Shown in pieces: positions 39,701 to 48,700 of a stretch of DNA of 64,000 nucleotides. This stretch comes from Phoronis australis (Eukaryota > Animalia > Phoronida). How positions within the stretch are numbered: position 1 is the stretch's first letter; every line of letters starts with the position of its first letter. The DNA is taken from positions 560,534 through 624,533 of the forward strand of contig NMRA01000219.1 of assembly GCA_002633005.1 (NCBI GenBank), written 5' to 3'. The notes beneath the pieces are model-generated. The model had not been told where the DNA came from. It searched no databases and saw nothing but the letters and a program-made list of their open reading frames with translations. A program made the position numbers and the translations under genes.

Positions 39701-42700
39701 TATATAATTCCCACAATTTTAATTCTAGTGCCCACCCTGATACGGACGTGGCGCCTTCTCCCCCTGGTGGTCAACAGTCATACTCTGCAAGGTGAGTAAC
39801 ACTAATTGATTGCAGTGTTTCTTGTAATGATGTTGGGCTGAAGTTCTCGAGCAGTTGCTTGAGTGGGTGCTGTTTCTCGCATTTGATTCAAGCTGGATTT
39901 CCTGTGGTATTTTTGTGCCCATTAAATCAGTGAATTAAATGTGGTAAAATTTCACAGATTTCAGACAAAAATAAATGCCAAAATTCGCTCTTTTTCCTAT
40001 TTTCAAGGTCTCCTAACATTATTGCGACTGTTCGTATTTTTTCAAAATACTGTCTGGTTCAGAACTAGGATATGATAAAGCATTAGTTTGATGTTGCGTA
40101 TCATTTATGAGAAAAAATATAAATTCACTTTTCTGCCACATTGTGTCCTGAATTGGTGAGATTTTACCGTATTGTGGAATTCTGGGAGCTTGTTTGATGT
40201 TATTAACTGTCCACCGTAGGAAAGGGTTTGTCTAGGGGAACCAGCTGAGGGCTATATTGGGTGCTTCAGAGTCCTCCATTACATCAATGTACAAATGATT
40301 GAGCGGGAGGCAGGCCTTTATCCAGGATTTCGAAAATAGGGTGTCCAAAATGGGGTTCCCAGTATTCCAGGGCATCCATGATTCCAACGCGTAAACCCCC
40401 CACCCCCAGCAATCCCCCCAAACACACAGATATTTTTACAAAACATGCATAGACCAAGGTTTTTACATCTAAGTTAACTAAACGGTGAGCATTTTTTTCT
40501 AAAAAAAACTGTAGACCAAGACTTTTACAATGCCATCAACCAAGTGTGAGTGTAGCAACATTGTATATACTTTGTATATACATTGTATATTTCTTCCTGC
40601 TTTAAAAAAGAGTCCCCACTGTGAGCCTTCAGAGGCTTCCTAGTATTCATTACAATGTGTTAGTCCAAACATGAAAGGTTCCTATTGACAGTGGGCGTCC
40701 AAATGATACATTGGGTGTCCTTGTCAGGGCGTCCAGATTAATGTTAGGGCGTCCAAATGGATGCCCAGGACGTTCGCTGCATAAAGGCCTGGCTGGAGGT
40801 CTGAACCCCCCGAAAATTGCTCCCTCTGAATCCACACCTGCACCAGTAAAAAAACAACATTGGTTAGCAAATGTGTTTGTAATATTAACCTGCAGAAGTT
40901 GGTTGTATGTTCTTTTAGAAACTGTTCATGTCACCAGCTTTTGTTCATAACATGTAACATCCGAATGTCCTTTCTGCAATTCACAAGTTTAATTTGACTA
41001 AATAAAATCAGACATAATTGGCAGTGTTTTTCATACTTCCTCATCACACGTGCCACTAGGTGTCACTACGGTCCATGAAATAATAACATCAGCATCCTGT
41101 GTGGTTTGTTTTCCTATCTGTCTTGGATGTGACCTACCCCTGCTGTGTGTCTTAGGTTTTGTGAATATTTTTTTTTTCCAATTCTGGTTCGTCGCTTGAG
41201 ACGCTGCATTTATTCTTGTTCAAAAAGCTCTCGTAGCTCTCATTCGTTTTTTCTTTTCCATTGATGTATTGTCAGATCTCTCATTTCAAAAAAGCTGTCA
41301 CTTATTCCTCTCTTGATGTCCATCCATTTATCCTCACACGATCTCGTGATTTCCTTTGATGTATTGTTAGATCTCACTTTTCAGAAAGCTGTCAGTTTTA
41401 TTGCCGATATCTGTTCACGCTTAATGAGATCTGATTTTAAGTCCATTAGGCATTTTTTGATATCCATTGATTAAATTTGGATTGTCTTGTTGTCCTGTGA
41501 TGTCAACATGTTCATTCCTAGAATGTTGTTATTTGTTTAGGCCAAAAATAATTGGTAAATAATCTACCCTAACTTGAATCCTGAGCTTACGGAATAAAAA
41601 AAGTGCCGGCCTTCGTCAATTTGAGCCAAGTCTCTGTTTTTGAAATGCCGCTCAGAGGTGTGTAACCAAGGTTTGAAATGCCCTGATTTGCCTGGCTATG
41701 AGAAAAAAATGCATGAATTTTCCTTGTCATAGGTTGATTGTGTTTTGAATTCGGAAAAGTGAGCGCTGCATCACTGAGTCAACTCTCAAAAAAAATCAGA
41801 GACCAAAACCAAGTATGTCATTGGCCTTATTTGTGTTTGTATTATGGTTGTGCATATTAAATGTTTCAGTTTTCTCTCTTATTCATATGTCATAGTAGTG
41901 TTCAAGGAGAAGAAGATCAAGCTGTTGCCTTGAAGAACTTGACCAAGAAAATACAAAGTAAGTCAAGCCTCAATCCCAGTTAGTCCTGACCGACATTACA
42001 GAAATCCCTTGTTAACTGAGCATTCGAGAAGAGATCGATTTTAAAATTGATTTGTGTATCAGTTTGATTTGTTGTCCCGGCAGTTTTTTATCCAGTATTA
42101 TTCACACTGATACAGAGGAGTCATCTAGCATACTTCAAAAAGTTACTACTGACATGATTGCTCTTCCTAATGGAGCTCAGATCAGTGTTCCTGATATTGT
42201 TGGCAGTTGGCACTCCATGGTTGTTGTACTTATCTAGGTACCATGACACATACTGCGTTTCTTAATGTTATTTTGTGAATGAGTAACGAGTTAGTCCTCT
42301 TGTATGATTTTTAATTGAATGCGCCATATACAATTGTCATCTACAGATATGTTTAGTTTAGTGCATAACGATGTAGTCCAGTCATTCACTTGAATTCCAC
42401 AAATAAGACTGCAATAACAATTAAAACGTGGCAATGAAAGCACTGTTAGCAGTTCCTTGTGTTATGAGTCATTATACAATCAGTTTGAGAAATAGAGTTA
42501 TCCAATATTTCTGTTTTTTTTGATGGTTGTCTTTTTACTTGACGGTAAAACATTACAACTGTTGGGCCCACACGGCACTGTAACATGGACTCTGATTAAA
42601 CTCTGCATCTATGTTTTTCAGCTCTGAAAAAGAAAATAAAACAGTTCGAGGACCATTTTGAAGAGGAGAAAGGTTACAAGGTTGGTTTTCATTTTGTTGA

Positions 42701-45700
42701 AAGTGTCGTGTCAAACTGGTTTCCATTATGGTTGTCGTTTTGCATAACCACACAAGTCATCGCTAGTCAGATAGCATAGTTTTCATAACGTTAAGTCAAT
42801 GCATGCATTATATTTCTGCTAAATCAATGCATACATTACATTACATTTCTATTACACCTTAAATTAATTCATGTATTACATTTATGATACATATTAAATC
42901 AATGCATGCATTATATTTCTGCTAATAACAGTTAAATCAATGGATGTATTGCATGTCTGCTACATTTTAAATGATGCATAAATTCAGTAAAAGCTGTTGA
43001 TCTACATGTGCAGATGTCAGTGTGTATTTATTATAACCTCTGTCCTCTTTCTAGTATGGTAATACCTCTCTAATTTAGCACACAACATGGCCGACTAGTG
43101 AAATTCTATTTGTCAAATTTATCCAAAAATAAAAATTAAGATAATTTTAGTTTGTTACTAGCGTGGTTTGTACTGTGTAGATGCCATACAACAATTATGA
43201 AAAATGGAAAAATTACAATTTTGGCAGTTATTGTTCTGCGATATAAGTGGACAATTACCAAAAAAATACCTAAAAGTACTTTTTGTCTATTGTATTCTGA
43301 CTTTGTAACACTTGTTTTTCCAGCCATCGCAGAGTGATAAGAATGCCAAGCCAGATGTGAAGCGGTATATCACAGAGCTGAACAAGGCCAGAAAAGACCT
43401 CAAACGTGAGAGATTTCTTCTTGTAACGTAGATCGACTGTTGCCTGTATAATTTAAAAAATTAACCTCATTTCTCTAAATATTCAAGGAAATAAAACTGA
43501 ATATATGTTTAGTTGGCGGCATGGGTATAAAATGTTTTTCTTATTTAGTGGTATATCTTTGTTTTATTCCCTGGTTTGGAATTCAAGGGAAACCAGAGTC
43601 TGTGACGTTTTGTTCTGGTTACTTTTCAAAACAGTATGAACATCGAGTAGTTTAAATGTCGTCTGCTTTTACAGAGTTGAAGGAGAAGCAGCAGGCAGCT
43701 GATCAGGCAACAGACGACCGTCCTAGCAGTAATACAAGACCAGAGAGTGCCACAAGGTCAGCAAGCTCAAAGTCAAGACCAACAACAGCCAAAATCATTG
43801 GTATGTATTACAGTTTCTATTTTATATTAACATTTCATACATGTGTGACTTTCTACTGTTCTAGAATGGGAGACTAGATATTCACCAGGTGGCGCTAATG
43901 GTGAAAGCTCACTCTTTAACTTTTGGATGGATTGAGAAAATAAATCATCAGCTTTGGAGGCATTCGTGTGATAAGGGTCCCATATCCGATTCGAGGCATT
44001 TCTGTGGGAAACGCTCTTGCTGATCTGGCACGTCATAGTGTATTTCGAGTCTCCCATTTTCATTAGCATCATGGAAGAATCGTTCTTTCTCCAAAAATGA
44101 AAATATTTTATTCTAATATATCTTAATTTGTTTCGTTTTGAACATTCAAGATCGGCCCACCAGTGGCAAAGACCGACCAACCAGTGGCCGATCAGCGTCA
44201 TCCGATGAACGTCAAGAAGAAGATGCTCAGAACGAGCCGCCAACGATGGCCAGAACACTGGACCAGCTGCTGAAGAGGTTGATGGACAAACGGATGGAAG
44301 GTGGCAGACCTGCTGATTTAAATGTAAGTGGAGTCAAAATAGCGTGGTTTTGAAATTACACGGTAAGTAATTTCTCTGTTGTTTGGCATATTCTACTCGG
44401 CACGCGCAAAGTCATTTGGCCAAACTAATTTTCTAACTTATTTTAGGCTAACAGGTTGGTTTAAACTTTTCACTATACAAGCACTTTCCTCTTGTAAATA
44501 ATGCTGTATTCTGTTTATACACAGTCTGGTAAAACAGTCTTATCATTTATTTTTACATGACTAATCAAGCATTAGTACTTGTCCGAGTGTTTGGAGCGGA
44601 CTATCATCTGCGCTTATATTTATCACATGCCCATTGTAGTCAGCAAAGTCAAAGATCCCTATTAATGATACTCAAATTCATATAGGTCCCTGTAAGCCCA
44701 CCTGTGTAGTAAAGGTCACCATTAGTTATTTACTGACTGAAACGCATGACTCTGAGTTTGATGGCTTGAACTGATAGGATGATGAGCCCCAGAAAGTTTC
44801 TCAGAACCTGCCCGTGGTGTATTTTAGATTCACCAAGGTGTAAATGTTTGTGCCAGAACTGTCAAAACTTAGGTGTGGAAAAATCAGTAAATTCATACTG
44901 AAGGTCAATACCAGATAAAAGTCAAATACGTTCGGTGTGATTTGTCTGTGAAGAAACTAATATTCAAAGTGAGGACGTCAGTATAATAACAAAGAATCGT
45001 GGTCGTTGTAAACATGTCATTAGTTTCATTGCTCCTTTTCGATTTCCAGAGTATGTCTCGAGATCAAGTTCAGGAGGAGAAGTTAGCAGTGCAGAAGGCA
45101 TTACTACACTTTGAGAGTATTCACGGTCGACCGGTAGGGGCTAAAATATGTCTTAATAATCTATTGTTAGTAAATCTGTATTGTTAGAGTTCAACTCATG
45201 CCAGTTATTCGTAGCTATGCTATAACATTCAATGATTTACAAGTAAAAATATCATTGTTCTCAAAGTTCTTTTATAGTCTTTTGTTCTTTGGTAAAAGTT
45301 TTGTTGAGCACTTTTTCAACTGTTGAAACCTGGCCAACTTCAAAGAAAGAATGAAGTTGTTTCTTAGCCAAAACAACATGTACGAGCTTCACTTCCACCA
45401 CAGTATAATCACAGAAATTAAAAAAGTGTTAATTTACCTTTTTTCATTTTGTGTGACATGTTGGAAAATTCCGCATTCAGCATTCACCATTGTGTGAAAC
45501 GCATTGTTCCAAGCGCTTAACATACCTTTAATTAAGACCATGACTTCATTTGCTTTGTACGTCAGCACTACACTTTTTAACATCCTTCTTATCATGTGTC
45601 CCTTTATGGATTCATAGGAATTTTTTGTAAAATTTTATCCCTTTGTGTGTGCGTGTGTGTGTGGGTGCTCTTTATAGATAAATTATGTTTTATTTTGCAG

Positions 45701-48700
45701 ACAACAAAACAAGATAAAGAGTTGATGAGGCCGTTATATGATCGCTATAGAAATGTGAAAAAATTATTAGCCGCGAAGCCAGCATCAGTAAGTTTTCCAC
45801 GTATGACCTCACATTATCTTTTATTGTAATTTTTCTAGACGTTGCTTCAATGTTCTGCAGCTTTCCATTTGAATTGCACTCATTCTTCCACAAATTTATT
45901 GGAAGCTCAATGTGTTTTTGTTAAGTACAAGTTCATTGTGTGGTCTACCATGTATGTCAGTTTTACTTGTGCTTTGTACATTGTTTGGTTTAGCAAAACT
46001 ATCTTTTTAGTGTTTCTATGACGAAACGACCGCCTTCATCTGGCAGAGTTACTGTTTCTACCAGAACCAAATTGACAGAATAGGTGGACAATTGTTGGGC
46101 AACATGGCGTTTGCTTTATTCCGCTCACCATGAAAGTGACTTGGAAATACTCGTCATGGCAACAAAATCCTGGCCGTTGATTAGCATTTCCCCTTGTTAC
46201 CTTTGTAGTAAACTCCGCATCATTCCCAGTCCTGGTGGACGTATTCTATGGCGATGAATTCCACTTGCTTCCACATGCCATGATGGGGGAAATCCGGGTC
46301 ATTTTATTCAATTATTATTTTCAGCGTGTACTGTAGTTTTTTTTTTTACCGCGCCACGTGTTGTTAGAATTGAAGCTGACACATATAAATATGACTCAGT
46401 CAGACTGTGATAATTGGTCTGGAAAACAAAATATCCAGAAAAACACTCCAGTAGTTTATGGCCAGAATCAGTGATTTTCAGGTTTTATGTTCTTCGTAAT
46501 GTGTACACACCTCTTTGTCATTTTCTTTGATGTTGTCCTGCGTGATTTACAACCAGGTTGTTAAAGCCAGCTCAAGCACCTCTGAAAGCACACAGGTGAT
46601 GGAGGAAATGTTTGTGTGTGGTAGATTGGCTCTTGTATATCTCTAACTTGTCTGTCTCTTCTAATTAACCAGTAGCTGTGTGTCATATGACATCAGGTCA
46701 AAGGTTATTCATTTTCTCATGAAGCAATCTTGTAGCTGTGAATTGAGTCACAAGATTTATACTTGTTTTGGAAATTCTCATTATTTATTAATTATGTTAA
46801 CAAAATTGGGGTTGCCAGCTTTGCCTACTTGTGACATTTTCCTTAATTAACATTGACCTGGCCGTGTATAATTCATAGGCGTTCAAATGAATCCATTTTA
46901 GTCTTACTAAAGGTTAGTGATAATTGCCAAAACGGTTTGGTTTGTTTATGGCCATAACGTAATGTATTCACTTAATAGTTAGTACTAGCGTCCAACGTGT
47001 GGGATGCAGATAGGTATTAACTCTGAGTTTGTGTGAAACTTGATTCAACCATGTAATGACTAGGCCTCTTTCAAGAATCCTATAAAAATCTGCTGGATTT
47101 GTTCTGCTGTTGGTTTATCCATCTCTACTTCTATATGATTCGACTTAATTGCCCTTGTCAAAAATCATTGTTTTTTACTCTCACTATTCATTGGGATCAA
47201 TACTTATACATCTCTTTTGTTTATCAAGAATTTATTAAGCTAATGATAATGTAGTGTGATTTATTTTTAACTAGATAAGTTTTTTCTCTTCAGCCTAAAG
47301 ACAAGGTGGATTTGGAGCCTGTACCTGAAAATCATTCCATGAATTTTACTCAAAAAGAAAAGGTAAGAATTGTTTTTAGCATGTTGTCACGATTTTCTTT
47401 TTTATAATTAACTGCAAAGCTCGTATTAAGATTAACAAACTCACTTCTAATTTTTGTACTGTAGTTTATATTTTTCTTTGAAATCTTTCATTTCCCTGAA
47501 GTCAATGCATTTTGTAGTTATTAAACTTTATAAAAATGTGTGCGTGCTGACCAGAATTAAAGTGTTTGCATTATTCAAACTTTTTCCAAAACTGAACACT
47601 TCAATTATAAAATATGATCCTGTGCACTAAAGCTGACAAAATTCTGTTGTAGTCACTGTTAAAGTCAATGAATTCTAGTTATCCAAACATTATCCAAAAC
47701 TGGAGAGTTCTGTTTTACTTATAAGATATGATACTGCATATTAATGATAGCAAATTTCTTTCAAAGTCATTGTTAAAGTTTTGTGCAGGCCATTTTTCTG
47801 CTTTAGCGACAGGAAAATGCATTCCAAAAATAAAAAAGTAATTGACAAAAATATGTGAAGAGAATTAAGATAGAAAAATGCTGATTCAAATTTTGCAGAT
47901 TTTCTGTAGGAATGCATTTTCTTAAACTGTTATTTATGTTGTGTAGTGCTCTTATCAAATAAATCTGTGCGGTTGGAAAGTAGATAATAAATTAATTTGA
48001 ATGAAATAATTTAATTTATGTCAACCCAAATTGGTACCTTGACAGTTCTAATTGTCCACATCAGCTGACATCAGGAGAAGCTAATGTTGTCATTGTAACA
48101 ATTCAACAGGTTTTGTTCCAACAAATTGATTTATTTTCTAGCGCCGCCAGTTGTCACACGTATATCATTTTATCGTAATTCCATTCCAGCCGAGTGCAGA
48201 AGAATTAGGCACCACTGATTTTATGGTGACCCAGAACCTGGCTCTGCTTAAAGAGACGACACAGCATAATGTGGTCAGTGACAGTAAAGCTGAAGACAGT
48301 GATAATGAGGAGGGCGATAGTCCAGACAGACAGGCTAAGACTTCAGGACATTCTCACCTGCATGCCCTGTCTGTGTGAGTGTTTGTGTGGGGTGAACAAA
48401 ATTCAAGCTAGTCTGGAGAGTGTTCGGTAGACCTAAGTTCTCACGAGACTTACGAAATCACGAGGGAAAAGTGAGCGTTTCGCTAGTATGCTCTTGAGCT
48501 TACTGGCCTGTCTTATTAAAATGATTGGTCGGCGAGGTTGGAATGTTGAATTGTGGGATTGAATTCTGTGATACCTTTCCATAAGTGAGAATTTTTCACC
48601 GTGAATGCTAGCTAATGTCTTGCGATCTAAAGAACTCAACCTTCAAGAACCGCATAAATCTTCTTTTTTTGTGCTTTTTATGCAGTGGGTTGTAAAATGT

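Noticed and set aside
43827-44258. 143-aa minus-strand ORF, and similar antisense ORFs at 24018-24311, 27619-27894 and 51371-51733
   Set aside because: These are antisense shadows of FAM13 exons with no independent splice or domain evidence.
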